Notes: a model not told the origin generated them from the letters alone. 64,000 nt of DNA from an uncultured candidatus Porisulfidus sp. (GCA_965199755.1 CBDASZ010000001.1:326178-390177), one strand, 5' to 3'. Numbered from the stretch's first letter, positions 50,301 to 59,848 are shown. A program made the numbers and translations.

Positions 50301-50367
50301 GCGCACCTCTTGGCGACGCAGCGAGTGGGTGCCGTATGTTCAAAAATTTGAGCGATTTATGCTGCAT
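47362..50367 (-). CDS. TonB-dependent outer-membrane receptor (1001 aa)
   Basis: Signal peptide, plug domain (TEEITVTGTS...), large beta-barrel, C-terminal ...KLGMTWSF. Confidence 0.8.
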   Translation of the reverse strand: MQHKSLKFLNIRHPLAASPRGAQIRRQKVPATLLLSAVLGLMLPNLALSEQEATEEITVTGTSIKGTPIDSAYALTSMNRSSLEDRGFPVLNDLFKSIGASHGVVGDVNSYFNSGQANTIGTSVGNVNLRGLGASRTLVLLNGRRQVYLPARLIGGRFVDTNHIPTTAIKQVDILKEGAAAIYGSDAVSGVVNFVTRDDFEGFDLSASHDAISGAGNTILGGIWGGSLGEAHAVLSAEYEHRTQLSMEERGHLLMPWEGGDQRGGWSSVGNPGVFYPTDSMGARKPGVIIQDPLCEEFGGYQEPWTCRFRYQPFDNVIPDTRYTRLFGELNGDWGDSGTWHLEALWARSEVPKYLTSPTFPPFVLLSSNVMEVGADHPGRLAFCADYPDVADCAEAHPWYFRGRPVGNQGTGTTAEREMRTWRLAGSLDGIFELGDSEYQYDLGLNYSHSRGNINSPGVYTERLFLAYRGFGGPDCGVGVTADYGLAAKMRVDNPMGLRPGEGNCEYYNPFSNSSQFSAQPGAEFRNNANPTFRPELANSPEMLNWLNSGLANLESEADLLVFDFTLSEEWIPGIASYALGYQWRRFEARATPNTEGNIEVHPCPVRFDRSCIPGEDGYQEGFQKDQIGPYIFSSLYAGYDVHHTANRAYGEVAFSWGEDWDIQLAANYEDYKENSSFDPRLAVLWRATDALTLRGSVQTTFRTPSVDDINENPLTTLEWVAPTGGYIAVDRIGSSGLEPEEALTYNFGLIVETEDGHNITVDYWKYEFDDVIASAPYASIAGIYASRDAAVRNSVAEYVVCPGGRGSDIVARGEEPCAAVDMTRMVVPLVNWPGLETSGVDFRWTGAFDIEPGTLNATLDFTYTIDYDVKAFSLNGIEMEPARDGAGRLNFGHPLAVALPEWKGSLGLSYGWGNYILSNHFNYISSYDEPGGQYAPHIESHITWDATFMWRMPEQDIALVLSLLNVTDERPPRINLESGYDGLTHDPKGRRFKLGMTWSF

Positions 50368-50412
50368 CTCGACTGTGCCAGCATGGATTTTATACTAGTC
50401 CGTCCAGCCGCC

Positions 50413-51024
50413 TTACATTCCGTGCACTTGCGCATGACAGGGTCGCGCCTCCGTGTACGGCTCCACCTGCTCAGGATTCTCTAAAATCCGCTGCAACTGC
50501 GCTGCGGCCGCCTCAAAATCATCGTTCATCACACAGTGCTCGAAGTCGCCGCAATGCCGGATCTCATCGCGCGCCTCACCCAGACGCCGTTGAATTACCT
50601 CCGAACTGTCGGTGCCGCGCCCACGCAGGCGCTGCTCCAGCGTGTCAATTGAGGGCGGCAGGATAAAGATACTGATCGCCTCCGGCATTTGTGCGCGCAC
50701 CAACTGCGCGCCTTGCCAGTCAATTTCCAGAATCACGCTGCGCCCGGCCTCGGTATGCCGCGCCACTTCCGTACGAGAAGTTCCGTAGTGGTATCCAAAC
50801 ACTTCCGCGTGCTCCCAAAACGCATCGCGCGCAATCAGATCCGCGAATTCCTCTCGCGACACAAAGTAATAGTCCACGCCTTCCTCATCGCCCGGACGCT
50901 TCGTCCGCGTGGTGTGCGAGACACTCACCGCCAGTTGCGCATTGCGCCGCAGCATCTCTCGTACCAGCGAGGTCTTGCCGGCACCCGAAGGTGCCGTGAT
51001 GATGAATAGACGGCCCTCAGGCAT
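50413..51024 (-). CDS. gmk: guanylate kinase
   Basis: MPEGRLFIITAPSGAGKTSLVREMLRR...VSHTTRTKRPGDEEGVDYYFVSREEF; internal start at 51024 preferred (table start 51189 lies inside tatC). Confidence 0.85.
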   Translation of the reverse strand: MPEGRLFIITAPSGAGKTSLVREMLRRNAQLAVSVSHTTRTKRPGDEEGVDYYFVSREEFADLIARDAFWEHAEVFGYHYGTSRTEVARHTEAGRSVILEIDWQGAQLVRAQMPEAISIFILPPSIDTLEQRLRGRGTDSSEVIQRRLGEARDEIRHCGDFEHCVMNDDFEAAAAQLQRILENPEQVEPYTEARPCHAQVHGM

Positions 51025-51889
51025 CCCGCTTGGGCTCCTGATCCGTGCGTTCCTCGTCCTCAATGGCGTCCAGCTCCTGATCCATTTCTTCCGCTGACAT
51101 GGGCCGAAAGCGCGCTTCCTCGGTCTCTTCTTCTGTCTGCTCCTGCACGCGCATCCGCACCAGCGTGGAGAACACAATGCCCGCTTCATACAGCAGCCAG
51201 ACCGGCACGGCGAGCAGCGTTTGTGAGATCACGTCCGGTGGCGTCAGCAGCATGCCGATGACGAACGCGGCGACGATCACGTAAGGGCGAATTTCACGCA
51301 GACGCTTCGGTGTAGTGGTGCCCGTCACCACCAGCGCGACGGTGACAATTGGTACCTCAAAAGCCAGCCCAAACGCGATGAACAACTTCACCACAAAATC
51401 CAGAAAGCGATTGATGTCGGTCATCACAGCGACGCCTTCCGGAGCGGTACTGACAAAAAACCCGAACACCAGCGGAAACACTACTGCGTAGGCGAACACC
51501 ATGCCCAGATAAAACAGCACAATGCTGGAGAACAGCACCGGTGCTGCGAGACGCTTCTCATGGCGATACAGTCCCGGCGCGGCGAATGACCACAACTGAT
51601 ACAGGGTATACGGGATGGTCAGCACAATCGCCGCAAGCAGCGTCAGTTTGAACGGCGCGAGAAACGGGGAGGCGACATCGATCGCTACCATCGAATGACC
51701 CTCAGGCAGGCTGTCGAGCAGCGGCGTGGCGAGCCACGAATACAACTCATTGGCGAACGGCAAAAGGCACCCCAGCGCGATGCCGATCACCAGCACTGCC
51801 CGCAACAGCCGGTCGCGCAACTCGACCAGATGACTCAGAAAAGAGCTCTCCGGCTCAGTCGGATTGCGATCGGGTGCGTCCGTGCTCAT
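51017..51889 (-). CDS. tatC: Sec-independent protein translocase TatC
   Basis: MSTDAPDRNPTEPESSFLSHLVELRDRLLRAVLVIGIAL... six-TM TatC. Chosen start overlaps tatB end by ~35 nt; exact start uncertain. Confidence 0.8.
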   Translation of the reverse strand: MSTDAPDRNPTEPESSFLSHLVELRDRLLRAVLVIGIALGCLLPFANELYSWLATPLLDSLPEGHSMVAIDVASPFLAPFKLTLLAAIVLTIPYTLYQLWSFAAPGLYRHEKRLAAPVLFSSIVLFYLGMVFAYAVVFPLVFGFFVSTAPEGVAVMTDINRFLDFVVKLFIAFGLAFEVPIVTVALVVTGTTTPKRLREIRPYVIVAAFVIGMLLTPPDVISQTLLAVPVWLLYEAGIVFSTLVRMRVQEQTEEETEEARFRPMSAEEMDQELDAIEDEERTDQEPKRDA

Positions 51890-52211
51890 CTTCAGGTGTG
51901 GCGCCTGTGTCCGTCTGCGCGCTTTCTTCCAGTTGTCGTTCAATCGCACCGACCACCGGATCGGAGGCCCCGGATTCCTGCACGATGTCGCGCAACTCCT
52001 CGATTTGATTCTGCTGCTCGCGCAGCACTTCGCGCAATTCCTCGGTTTGTGCTTCCTGCTCGATGTTCTGGCGCAGCTGGTGGATCATGGAGCGCATCTT
52101 GCCAATCCAGGAGCCGACTTGAGAGGCTAGGCGTGGCAAGCGCTGCGGGCCGACCACGACAAGCGCGACCAGCATCACCAGGATCAATTCCCAGAAGCCG
52201 AAGTCGAACAT
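51855..52211 (-). CDS. tatB: Sec-independent protein translocase TatB
   Basis: MFDFGFWELILVMLVALVVVGPQRLPRLASQVGSWIGKMR... Confidence 0.8.
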   Translation of the reverse strand: MFDFGFWELILVMLVALVVVGPQRLPRLASQVGSWIGKMRSMIHQLRQNIEQEAQTEELREVLREQQNQIEELRDIVQESGASDPVVGAIERQLEESAQTDTGATPEDEHGRTRSQSD

Positions 52212-52235
52212 AACGCAATGCCCGAGGGCAGGGGG

Positions 52236-52445
52236 TCAGGAATCGGTAGAACTCTTCGGAGTCTTGGATTCGGATTCGTCTTGCGCTTCCGGCTCCGATT
52301 CGGATTGCTCGGAACGCTGCATGGACTGCTTGAAATTGCGGATCGCGCCGCCGAGATCACCGCCAAGACTGCGCAGCCGCTTGGTGCCAAACAGCAACAG
52401 CACAATGGCCAGCACAATCAGGAGTTGCCAGATACTAATGCCCAT
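52236..52445 (-). CDS. tatA: Sec-independent protein translocase TatA
   Basis: [42 protein letters not shown]. Confidence 0.85.
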   Translation of the reverse strand: MGISIWQLLIVLAIVLLLFGTKRLRSLGGDLGGAIRNFKQSMQRSEQSESEPEAQDESESKTPKSSTDS

Positions 52446-52494
52446 AAGAGGTGGCTCCGATGCAATCCATTAGAGTTCGCATTGTACCGCAGGG

Positions 52495-52821
52495 CTACTC
52501 GCCGCGCCGTGCCTTTTCTTCCAGCCCGGAGGTGCCGAAGCGCTGCTGCAGCTCCGCCGCGATGTCTTCCACTGTCAATCCGCGATGCGCCAGCAGCACC
52601 AAAGTGTGAAACCACAGGTCGGCGACTTCATGGCGCAACTGTGCCGCATCACTATCTGCCGCCTGCACCACTTCTTCGGCTTCCTCGAGAATTTTGGCAT
52701 TGATCGCGGGCAGGCCGTCGCGGTGCAGCCGCGCCACGTAAGACTGCTCCGGGTCCGCATCACGGCGCTCGCGAAGCACCGTCATCAACTGCTCTAGGAT
52801 CTCGGTGGTGGATATGCTCAT
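52495..52821 (-). CDS. hisE: phosphoribosyl-ATP pyrophosphatase
   Basis: [36 protein letters not shown]...[10 protein letters not shown]...[17 protein letters not shown]. Confidence 0.8.
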   Translation of the reverse strand: MSISTTEILEQLMTVLRERRDADPEQSYVARLHRDGLPAINAKILEEAEEVVQAADSDAAQLRHEVADLWFHTLVLLAHRGLTVEDIAAELQQRFGTSGLEEKARRGE

Positions 52822-53597
52822 GAGTCCAGCCTCATTTCAATGCCGCAGCCGTGCAGGTGTTCCTTGGCCTCGCGGATGGTGTGTTCCTGAAAATGAAAGA
52901 TACTCGCCGCCAGCACCGCGTCCGCGCCGCCTTCCGTCACCCCGTCGGCCAGATGCTGCAGGGTGCCGACTCCGCCGGAAGCAATCACTGGAATGCGCAC
53001 CGCCTCGCTGATGGTGCGCGTCAATTCCAGATCAAAGCCCTCGCGGGTGCCATCTCGATCCATGCTGGTCAGCAGGATTTCGCCGGCCCCGTAGGCTTCC
53101 ATGCGCTCGGCCCATTCCAGCGCATCCAGTCCGGTGTCCTTGCGCCCGCCATGTGTGAAAATGTCCCAGCGCGCAGGTTCTCCCGGCTTGCTGACCCGCT
53201 TGGCGTCAATCGCGACCACGATGCACTGGTTGCCGACCGCGTCACTGGCCTCGCGCACAAACTCCGGGTGCGCCACCGCCGCGGTGTTGATCCCGACCTT
53301 GTCAGCGCCGGCGCGCAGCAGGGTGCGAATGTTGTCTACGGTGCGCACGCCGCCGCCTACCGTGAGCGGTATAAATACCTGTTCAGCCACCTGTTCGACC
53401 ATGCGCAGCGTGGTGTTGCGCTCGTGGTGGCTGGCGGTGATGTCAAGAAACGTGATTTCATCCGCGCCTTCGAGATCGTAGCGCCGCGCGATCTCCACCG
53501 GATCACCGGCATCGCGGATGTCAACGAACTTGACGCCCTTGACGACCCGGCCCGCATCGACGTCCAGACAGGGGATGATGCGTTTGGCCAGACCCAT
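52818..53597 (-). CDS. hisF: imidazole glycerol phosphate synthase cyclase subunit
   Basis: [56 protein letters not shown]. Confidence 0.9.
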   Translation of the reverse strand: MGLAKRIIPCLDVDAGRVVKGVKFVDIRDAGDPVEIARRYDLEGADEITFLDITASHHERNTTLRMVEQVAEQVFIPLTVGGGVRTVDNIRTLLRAGADKVGINTAAVAHPEFVREASDAVGNQCIVVAIDAKRVSKPGEPARWDIFTHGGRKDTGLDALEWAERMEAYGAGEILLTSMDRDGTREGFDLELTRTISEAVRIPVIASGGVGTLQHLADGVTEGGADAVLAASIFHFQEHTIREAKEHLHGCGIEMRLDS

Positions 53598-54325
53598 CAG
53601 TCTTGTGTCAGGGCGATCGCCTCGCGCAAATCAATACGCTGCTCATACAGAGCACGCCCAATAATGGCACCGCTGATGCCTTCATCAGAGACCCGCTGCA
53701 GCGCTTCGATATCCTGCAACTCGGTGATGCCGCCAGAGGCGATGACCGGCACCGGAATCGCGCGCGCCAGTTCCGCTGTGGAATCGACATTGCTGCCCTG
53801 CATCATGCCATCGCGGCTGATGTCGGTGTAGACAATAGCCGCCACGCCTTCTTGCGCCAACTGTTCCGCCAGATCAATGACGTTGTGGTGCGACAACTTG
53901 GACCAGCCGTCAGTGGCGACCTTGCCGTCCTTCGCGTCCAGCCCAATGATGATGTGGCCGGGGAACTCCAGACACAACTCCTCGACATAGTGCGGCTCGC
54001 GCACCGCGCGGGTGCCCATCACGGCGTAGTGCACGCCGATGTCGAGGTAGGTCTGAATGGCGTCATCGGTGCGGATGCCGCCGCCGACTTGAATGTCAAT
54101 GTTGGGCTGGCTGTTGACGATTTGCGCGATGATCCGCTGATTGACCGGAGTGCCGGCGGCGGCACCGTCAAGATCGACCAGATGCAGGCGCTTCGCGCCC
54201 TGACTGACCCAGTGATCGGCCATGCCGACCGGGTCGTCAGAGAACACGGTCTCATCGTCCATACGGCCCTGGCGCAGGCGTACGCACAGGCCGTTCTTGA
54301 TATCGATGGCGGGGATGATTTGCAT
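53597..54325 (-). CDS. hisA: 1-(5-phosphoribosyl)-5-[(5-phosphoribosylamino)methylideneamino]imidazole-4-carboxamide isomerase
   Basis: [55 protein letters not shown]. Confidence 0.9.
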   Translation of the reverse strand: MQIIPAIDIKNGLCVRLRQGRMDDETVFSDDPVGMADHWVSQGAKRLHLVDLDGAAAGTPVNQRIIAQIVNSQPNIDIQVGGGIRTDDAIQTYLDIGVHYAVMGTRAVREPHYVEELCLEFPGHIIIGLDAKDGKVATDGWSKLSHHNVIDLAEQLAQEGVAAIVYTDISRDGMMQGSNVDSTAELARAIPVPVIASGGITELQDIEALQRVSDEGISGAIIGRALYEQRIDLREAIALTQD

Positions 54326-54345
54326 GTGGGTCTCGCAATGCATGA

Positions 54346-54984
54346 CTAGTGCTGCCCGTCCCAGTTGAGGAAGTTGCGCATCAGGCGCAGTCCGTGCTGA
54401 CCGCTTTTCTCCGGGTGCGCCTGAATGGCGAACGCCGGGCCGCGCGCCAGCGCGGCAGTGAAGGGTACCGCATAGTCGCTCTGCCCGATCGTGATGTCAT
54501 CGTCCTTGGGCGCGGTGTAGTAACTGTGCACAAAGTAGAAGCGGCTGCCGTCAGGGATGCCTTCCCAAAGCGGGTGCGGGCGCTGGCGGATGCCGTTCCA
54601 GCCCATGTGTGGAATCTTCACAGAGGCGTCATCTTGCACGTGCGGCGCGAACGCGCGGACCTCGCCAGCGAACAGCCCAAGGCCGTCGACGCCGTCATTT
54701 TCCTCGCTGCGTTCCATCAGCACTTGCATGCCCATGCAGATGCCCAGAAACGGGCGCTCACGCGCCGCATCCGCAACCGCGCCAAGCAAATTCTTGTCTC
54801 GCAGAGATTGCATGCAGTGTCGCGCCGCGCCTTGTCCGGGAAACACCACGCGATCGGCGTCTTCCACCATCTGCGGCTCGGTGGCAATTCGAATGTCAAG
54901 TTCCGGGCTCGCCAGTGAGTGCAGTGCGTTATGCACGGAGCGTAAATTGCCGAAATTGAAGTCGACAATGGCAACAGTCTGCAT
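54346..54984 (-). CDS. hisH: imidazole glycerol phosphate synthase glutamine amidotransferase subunit
   Basis: MQTVAIVDFNFGNLRSVHNAL...GICMGMQVL...HPEKS (Cys-His-Glu triad). Confidence 0.9.
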   Translation of the reverse strand: MQTVAIVDFNFGNLRSVHNALHSLASPELDIRIATEPQMVEDADRVVFPGQGAARHCMQSLRDKNLLGAVADAARERPFLGICMGMQVLMERSEENDGVDGLGLFAGEVRAFAPHVQDDASVKIPHMGWNGIRQRPHPLWEGIPDGSRFYFVHSYYTAPKDDDITIGQSDYAVPFTAALARGPAFAIQAHPEKSGQHGLRLMRNFLNWDGQH

Positions 54985-54999
54985 GGTCCACCCGACGTG

Positions 55000-55590
55000 C
55001 TAGAGCACGCCTTTCGTGGATGGTGTACCGCTTTCCTTCGAGTCGAGCTCGGCGGCCATGCGAAGTGCGCGTCCAAACGCCTTGAAGATGGTCTCGGCGA
55101 TGTGATGCGCGTTGCTGCCGCGCAGGGCATCAATATGCAGGGTCGTCATGGCATGGTTGGAGAAGCCCTGAAAGAACTCGTGCACCAGATCCACATCAAA
55201 GTCATGGATGCGCGCGCGTGGGTACTGCGCGTGGTACTCCAGGCCGGGACGGCCGGAGAAATCAAGCACCACACGGGACAGTGCTTCATCAAGCGGCACG
55301 TAGGCGTGGCCGTAGCGGCGGATCGCGGTCTTGTCGCCGAGCGCCTGACGCACGGCTTGCCCGAGCACAATACCAATGTCTTCGACCGTGTGGTGGGCGT
55401 CCACAGACAAGTCGCCTTCGGCCTCCAGCGTCAGGTCCAGCATGCCGTGGCGGCTGACCTGTTCGAGCATGTGCTCCAGAAACGGTAGTCCGGTCTTCAG
55501 TTTCGAGACGCCACTGCCGTCCAGATTGATTTCCAGATCAATCCGGGTTTCACGGGTTTCGCGTTGAATACGGGCGGTGCGGGCACTCAT
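55000..55590 (-). CDS. hisB: imidazoleglycerol-phosphate dehydratase
   Basis: [27 protein letters not shown]...[14 protein letters not shown]. Confidence 0.9.
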   Translation of the reverse strand: MSARTARIQRETRETRIDLEINLDGSGVSKLKTGLPFLEHMLEQVSRHGMLDLTLEAEGDLSVDAHHTVEDIGIVLGQAVRQALGDKTAIRRYGHAYVPLDEALSRVVLDFSGRPGLEYHAQYPRARIHDFDVDLVHEFFQGFSNHAMTTLHIDALRGSNAHHIAETIFKAFGRALRMAAELDSKESGTPSTKGVL

Positions 55591-55637
55591 GGCGTGAGTG
55601 GCGGTGGGCGTGTGCGTCTATTGTACCGTCTGAGGTC

Positions 55638-56075
55638 TCAACTGCTCAACACAAAACTGACTGGCCCGTCGTTGACGAGATGAACGTGCATGTCGGAGCC
55701 GAATTGTCCGGCAGCGACCTCCTTGTGCTGATCGCGGCATTCTGAAAGCAGTTCCATGAATAACAACTTGGCCTCATCAGGCGGTGCCGCGCTGCTGAAA
55801 CTTGCGCGCAGGCCGCGATTGGTATCGGCGGCCAGCGTAAACTGTGGCACCAGCAGCAAGCCGCCGCCGGTGTCAAGTAGCGACAGGTTCATGCGATTCT
55901 TGGAGTCGCCGAACAGGCGATAGTTGAGCAGCCGCATGCACATGCGCTGGATATCCTCTGAAGTATCTTCCCGATGAAAGCCGACCAGTGCCAGAATACC
56001 GGCATCAATAGTGGCGATGGTGTGATCGTCAACGGTCACGCGCGCTTTGGTCACGCGCTGCAGCAGGGCAAGCAT
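55638..56075 (-). CDS. dtd: D-aminoacyl-tRNA deacylase
   Basis: MLALLQRVTKARVTVDDHTIATIDAGILALVGF...LLVPQFTLAADTNRGLRASF; 145 aa. Confidence 0.85.
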   Translation of the reverse strand: MLALLQRVTKARVTVDDHTIATIDAGILALVGFHREDTSEDIQRMCMRLLNYRLFGDSKNRMNLSLLDTGGGLLLVPQFTLAADTNRGLRASFSSAAPPDEAKLLFMELLSECRDQHKEVAAGQFGSDMHVHLVNDGPVSFVLSS

Positions 56076-56122
56076 AGGCGATAAATCGTTGTAATAGGCA
56101 TTGACTATAATGCCAGAGTCGC

Positions 56123-56198
56123 GCGCCCGTGGCTCAGTGGATAGAGCACTGGCCTCCGGAGCCAGGGGTCGCAGGTTCGAATCCTGCCGGGCGCGCCA
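56123..56198 (+). tRNA. tRNA-Arg (anticodon CCG)
   Basis: Cloverleaf folded by hand: acceptor gcgcccg/cgggcgc, D-arm gctc-agtggata-gagc, anticodon arm ctggc-CTCCGGA-gccag (CCG), variable gggtc, T-arm gcagg-ttcgaat-cctgc, discriminator g + encoded CCA. Confidence 0.85.
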
Positions 56199-56235
56199 CT
56201 ACGCACATTCAGATATTTTTACCGGTTCCTTCATC

Positions 56236-56895
56236 ATGTGGTTGCACGTCCCGAAAGTACTTTCACCGGAGCAGTTGCAGCAGGTTCAGGCTTGCGCGCA
56301 AGAAGGGGATTACGCGGACGGACGCAGCAGCGCCGGTCTGCTGGCCGGTGCCGTCAAGCATAACGAGGAACTGCAGCCGTCAAGCGCCAGAGTGACCGAA
56401 GCGGAACAATGCGTCGCGCAGGCGGTACAGCGTCATGTCGCAGTGCAGCGCAGCGCATTGCCGCTGCGCATCAGCCATCCGGTCTTTGCTCGCTACGGCG
56501 AGGGCATGGGCTATGGCTGGCATACGGATGATGCGATTATGGGCCATGGCGGCTACCGCGCGGATCTGGCGATGACCGTGTTTCTGAATGACCCGGAGGA
56601 ATATGACGGCGGCGATCTGGTGGTGCGCATGCCTCATGGGGAATGCCATGCGCGGCACCCGGCAGGCGACGCGGTACTGTATTCGGCCAGCTGCCTGCAT
56701 CGCGTCGAACTGGTCAGTCGCGGTGAGCGCCGTGTCGCCGTGCTGTGGATTCAGAGTCAGGTCCGAGACGAACAACAGCGCGAAGTGCTGCAGGAAATTG
56801 ATGCGCTGCGTACACAGCAATTACAAGACAATCAGAATGCGACTCAACTGGACTGGGTATACTCGCGTCTGTTGCGGATGTGGGCCGATGTCTAA
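56236..56895 (+). CDS. PKHD-type Fe(II)/2-oxoglutarate-dependent hydroxylase (PiuC/YbiX family)
   Basis: MWLHVPKVLSPEQLQQV...HPVFARYGEGMGYGWHTDDA...; table ORF start 56101 overlaps the tRNA, so start moved to 56236. Confidence 0.7.
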   Translation: MWLHVPKVLSPEQLQQVQACAQEGDYADGRSSAGLLAGAVKHNEELQPSSARVTEAEQCVAQAVQRHVAVQRSALPLRISHPVFARYGEGMGYGWHTDDAIMGHGGYRADLAMTVFLNDPEEYDGGDLVVRMPHGECHARHPAGDAVLYSASCLHRVELVSRGERRVAVLWIQSQVRDEQQREVLQEIDALRTQQLQDNQNATQLDWVYSRLLRMWADV

Positions 56896-57691
56896 GAAGC
56901 CGGTACGTCTGAAAGGCCGTAAAGGCTACAATGAGGAATTGCGCCGCCTGCAGGTGGAGCTGGTCAAGTTGCAGTACTGGGTGCAGCATCAGCGCGCGCG
57001 CGTGGTGGTGGTGTTCGAGGGCCGGGACGCGGCCGGCAAAGGCGGTGTCATCCGCCGCATCGTGCGACATACCAGTCCACGCATTGTGCACGTGGTCGCC
57101 TTGCCGAAACCATCAGAAGAAGAATGCGGGCAATGGTATTTTCAGCGCTATGTTCCGCACCTGCCGCAGCGCGGACAAATTGTGCTGTTTGATCGCAGTT
57201 GGTACAACCGCGCCGGGGTGGAACGGGTGATGGGATTCTGCTCCGAGCAGGAAGTGGAGGATTTCTTCGTCAGCTGCCCGCAGTTCGAGGATATGCTGAT
57301 TCGGGAGGGCATCCACCTGATCAAATACTGGTTCACCGTGAGTCGGGAAGAGCAGGAGCAGCGCTTTCAGGCGCGCGGCTCGGATCCGCTTAAGCGCTGG
57401 AAACTCAGTCCAATGGATCTGGAATCACGCCGCCTTTGGGCCGAATACACGAAAGCGCGTGACGATATGTTCGCGCACTGCCATACGCCGCAGGCACCGT
57501 GGCACGTGATCGATACCAACAGCAAACTGGAAGGACGCTTGAATTGCATCCACCATTTGTTGTCGCAATTTGACTATCAGGACATGATGCCGCCGGAAAT
57601 CGAGTTCCGGCCGCTGTCGGAACAGGAATATTCGGCGCGTGGGACCATGCCGGAACCCGCTCCGCCCGCGTATCGCGTGGACGAAAAGTAG
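56888..57691 (+). CDS. ppk2: polyphosphate kinase 2
   Basis: VVVVFEGRDAAGKGGVIRRI (Walker A)...YFQRYVPHLPQRGQIVLFDRSWYNRAGVERVMGF...; ~267 aa one-domain PPK2. Confidence 0.8.
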   Translation: MSKKPVRLKGRKGYNEELRRLQVELVKLQYWVQHQRARVVVVFEGRDAAGKGGVIRRIVRHTSPRIVHVVALPKPSEEECGQWYFQRYVPHLPQRGQIVLFDRSWYNRAGVERVMGFCSEQEVEDFFVSCPQFEDMLIREGIHLIKYWFTVSREEQEQRFQARGSDPLKRWKLSPMDLESRRLWAEYTKARDDMFAHCHTPQAPWHVIDTNSKLEGRLNCIHHLLSQFDYQDMMPPEIEFRPLSEQEYSARGTMPEPAPPAYRVDEK

Positions 57692-57710
57692 CGCGGTCGC
57701 TTCGGGCCGC

Positions 57711-57911
57711 TCAGTTGTGTGAGCCTTTCTCTTCGTGGGCCAAAGCCACCACTTTCATGGCTTGGTCCCGGTATTCCTGCCGGTAGTTATGCAACGGTGA
57801 GTCTTCATCAGGCGTGAAGTATTCTGCCATTCCGAGGCCGCGCTCGCGGTCTTCCGCAATAAAGCGGCGCTGCATTTCCAGCATTTTCTCAATCAGTTCG
57901 CGTTTTTCGCT
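57711..57911 (-). CDS. hypothetical small protein (66 aa)
   Basis: MSEKRELIEKMLEMQRRFIAEDRERGLGMAEYFTPDEDSPLHNYRQEYRDQAMKVVALAHEEKGSHN; family not recognised. Confidence 0.3.
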   Translation of the reverse strand, partial: SEKRELIEKMLEMQRRFIAEDRERGLGMAEYFTPDEDSPLHNYRQEYRDQAMKVVALAHEEKGSHN

Positions 57912-58245
57912 CATCAGAAATGTTGTTCCGGTTGATGTGTATCCATTATACAGTCTTGTCTCACACAGAATGAGCATGAAATGAAGGACGGACTGATGCT
58001 ATGGTGTGTCAAATCCGCACCACCAAGAGTTGCTTTTTTCAGAGCCTTCTGTAGAATACATGATTGAGATTAGACCCTTATGGGTGTTGGGCTGCCTAGG
58101 CTAGGTTCAGCATAATCTCTCGCCCCCCCCGGTTGCTTCGACTCCGGGGCCGGGGCCTCCTAGGAAGGCCCCGGATACCTTTATCTTCTTGGGGCCTGCC
58201 AGTGCTCAGGCTTTCCTCAGGGCCTTTGTACTGAGGACGCTCATG

Positions 58246-58872
58246 CGTACTATCGTCTACACAGACGGATTTAATCTGTACTATGGTGCCCTCCAAGGCA
58301 CGCCTTGGAAGTGGGTAGATATTCCATTACTTTTCTCAAATCTGTTGGAGCCGCACCACGAAATTTCAGCGGTTAAGTACTTCATCACAAGAATTTATGG
58401 CGACTTTGGGGATCCCGATAAATTGCGAAGACAGGAAATATTTTTTCGTGCATTGCAGGCATATCGGCCTGAGTTGGAAATTTATTACGGGCATTTTCAT
58501 CGCCATGATGTCATGATGCCGCTTGCCAAACCCACCAAAGCTCGTCGCTTTGCCAAAGTGATCAAAGTTGAAGAAAAGGGGTCCGATGTCAATCTGGCGG
58601 TTCATTTGCTGAATGATGCGTGGCTGGATGCTTACGACTGTGCTGTGGTTGTTACGAATGACAGTGATCTTGCCGAAGCATTAAATCTGGTTAAACAGCA
58701 CCCCGGTTCTAAACGTATTGGGTTAGTGCCTCCAAGGAAAGGTCAAGCTTCGCAGCGGTTGCTGAAATATGCCGATTTCACAAGACGTATACGACCTCAT
58801 ATTTTGGAGGCATCACAATTGCCTGATCCTATACCGGGAACCTCCCTTCATAAACCCGACGCCTGGAAGTGA
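58246..58872 (+). CDS. NYN-domain (LabA/PIN-like) ribonuclease family protein
   Basis: MRTIVYTDGFNLYYG...EKGSDVNLAVHLLNDAWLDAYDCAVVVTNDSDLAEALNLVKQH matches NYN-domain acidic motifs (D..N at start, EKGSD, D..NDSD). Lower-GC islet. Confidence 0.65.
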   Translation, partial: RTIVYTDGFNLYYGALQGTPWKWVDIPLLFSNLLEPHHEISAVKYFITRIYGDFGDPDKLRRQEIFFRALQAYRPELEIYYGHFHRHDVMMPLAKPTKARRFAKVIKVEEKGSDVNLAVHLLNDAWLDAYDCAVVVTNDSDLAEALNLVKQHPGSKRIGLVPPRKGQASQRLLKYADFTRRIRPHILEASQLPDPIPGTSLHKPDAWK

Positions 58873-58979
58873 CCTGCAATACGGTTGTTGCCAAGTTCTC
58901 TTTCATCGCGCGGTTTTCAGGTTGCTGCACTTGTTATACTTTGGCTCAATGAGTCACCACGTCAGGGAGACCCGCCACA

Positions 58980-59168
58980 GTGAATGAGTGGCTATCCAAA
59001 CTGCTGAAAACTCCAGTGTTCTGGCGCGCCGTTTTCATGGGCGCGATGACACTGTGGGCCCTGACCATCACGCTGTTCGCAGTAGGCTTCTCCGCTTATC
59101 CGGTCGGATGGTTGTTGCTGTTGGTGGTGGCGGCATGGGCATGGTACGCCGGACGCAGAATTAACTGA
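58980..59168 (+). CDS. small hydrophobic two-TM protein (62 aa)
   Basis: MNEWLSKLLKTPVFWRAVFMGAMTLWALTITLFAVGFSAYPVGWLLLLVVAAWAWYAGRRIN; ORF only, low support. Confidence 0.25.
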   Translation: MNEWLSKLLKTPVFWRAVFMGAMTLWALTITLFAVGFSAYPVGWLLLLVVAAWAWYAGRRIN

Positions 59169-59170
59169 CC

Positions 59171-59848
59171 TCAGCGCGCTTCGCGCCGCAAGGCCCATTC
59201 CCGAACTTGGTGTCCCAGACGCTTCGCGCGCAATTCGTAATGCGTTTCGGGTCGCTTTGGCAGTTCTGCCAGTTGCGTCCAGTCTGAATTGTCGGCCAAC
59301 AACGAGTCAATATGTTCAGCGTAGTCGTTCCAGTCGGTGGCCAGATGCAGGATGCCGTCAGTGCTCACCACTCGCGCGCATTCACGCAGAAAGGGTTCTT
59401 GCAGCAAGCGTCGTTTCCAGTGCCGCTTCTTCGGCCAGGGATCCGGGAACAGGATGCGCAGCTGCTCAATACAACCGGACGCAAATCGAGGCAGCAAGGC
59501 CGCGGCATCGCCGCGAATAACCCGCAGATTCTCAAGTTTCAAGTGCTGGATCTGGTGCAAAACGCGCGCCAGAGAAGGTTGATAGACTTCGATTCCGATG
59601 AAGATATGCCGAGGACAGATTCGTGCTTCCTCCAGAAGGATTTCGGCGTGGCCGAAGCCGATCTCCAGAACCATTTTGCCCGGCCTTTGAAAGGGTAAAG
59701 CCGGGTTAAATCCGTCTTCCGCAACCACGAACTGGTATTTTTCCAGCAATCGTTCGTAGTTCGCCTGCTTTTTGTCGGGCAGACGACGTGCACGATGCAC
59801 GAAAGAGCGAATAGTGCGTGGGGCGGGCGCATTGTAGTTAAAGTTCAT
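59171..59848 (-). CDS. trmB: tRNA (guanine46-N7)-methyltransferase
   Basis: [15 protein letters not shown]...[19 protein letters not shown]. Confidence 0.85.
   Translation of the reverse strand: MNFNYNAPAPRTIRSFVHRARRLPDKKQANYERLLEKYQFVVAEDGFNPALPFQRPGKMVLEIGFGHAEILLEEARICPRHIFIGIEVYQPSLARVLHQIQHLKLENLRVIRGDAAALLPRFASGCIEQLRILFPDPWPKKRHWKRRLLQEPFLRECARVVSTDGILHLATDWNDYAEHIDSLLADNSDWTQLAELPKRPETHYELRAKRLGHQVREWALRREAR

Noticed and set aside
53603-54918. Plus-strand ORFs of 248 and 189 aa opposite hisA/hisH
   Set aside because: Mirror ORFs of well-conserved his genes; spurious.
58100-58180. GC-rich hairpin cluster considered as a CRISPR repeat or REP array
   Set aside because: Only single copies of each hairpin, no regular repeat-spacer periodicity, no cas genes.
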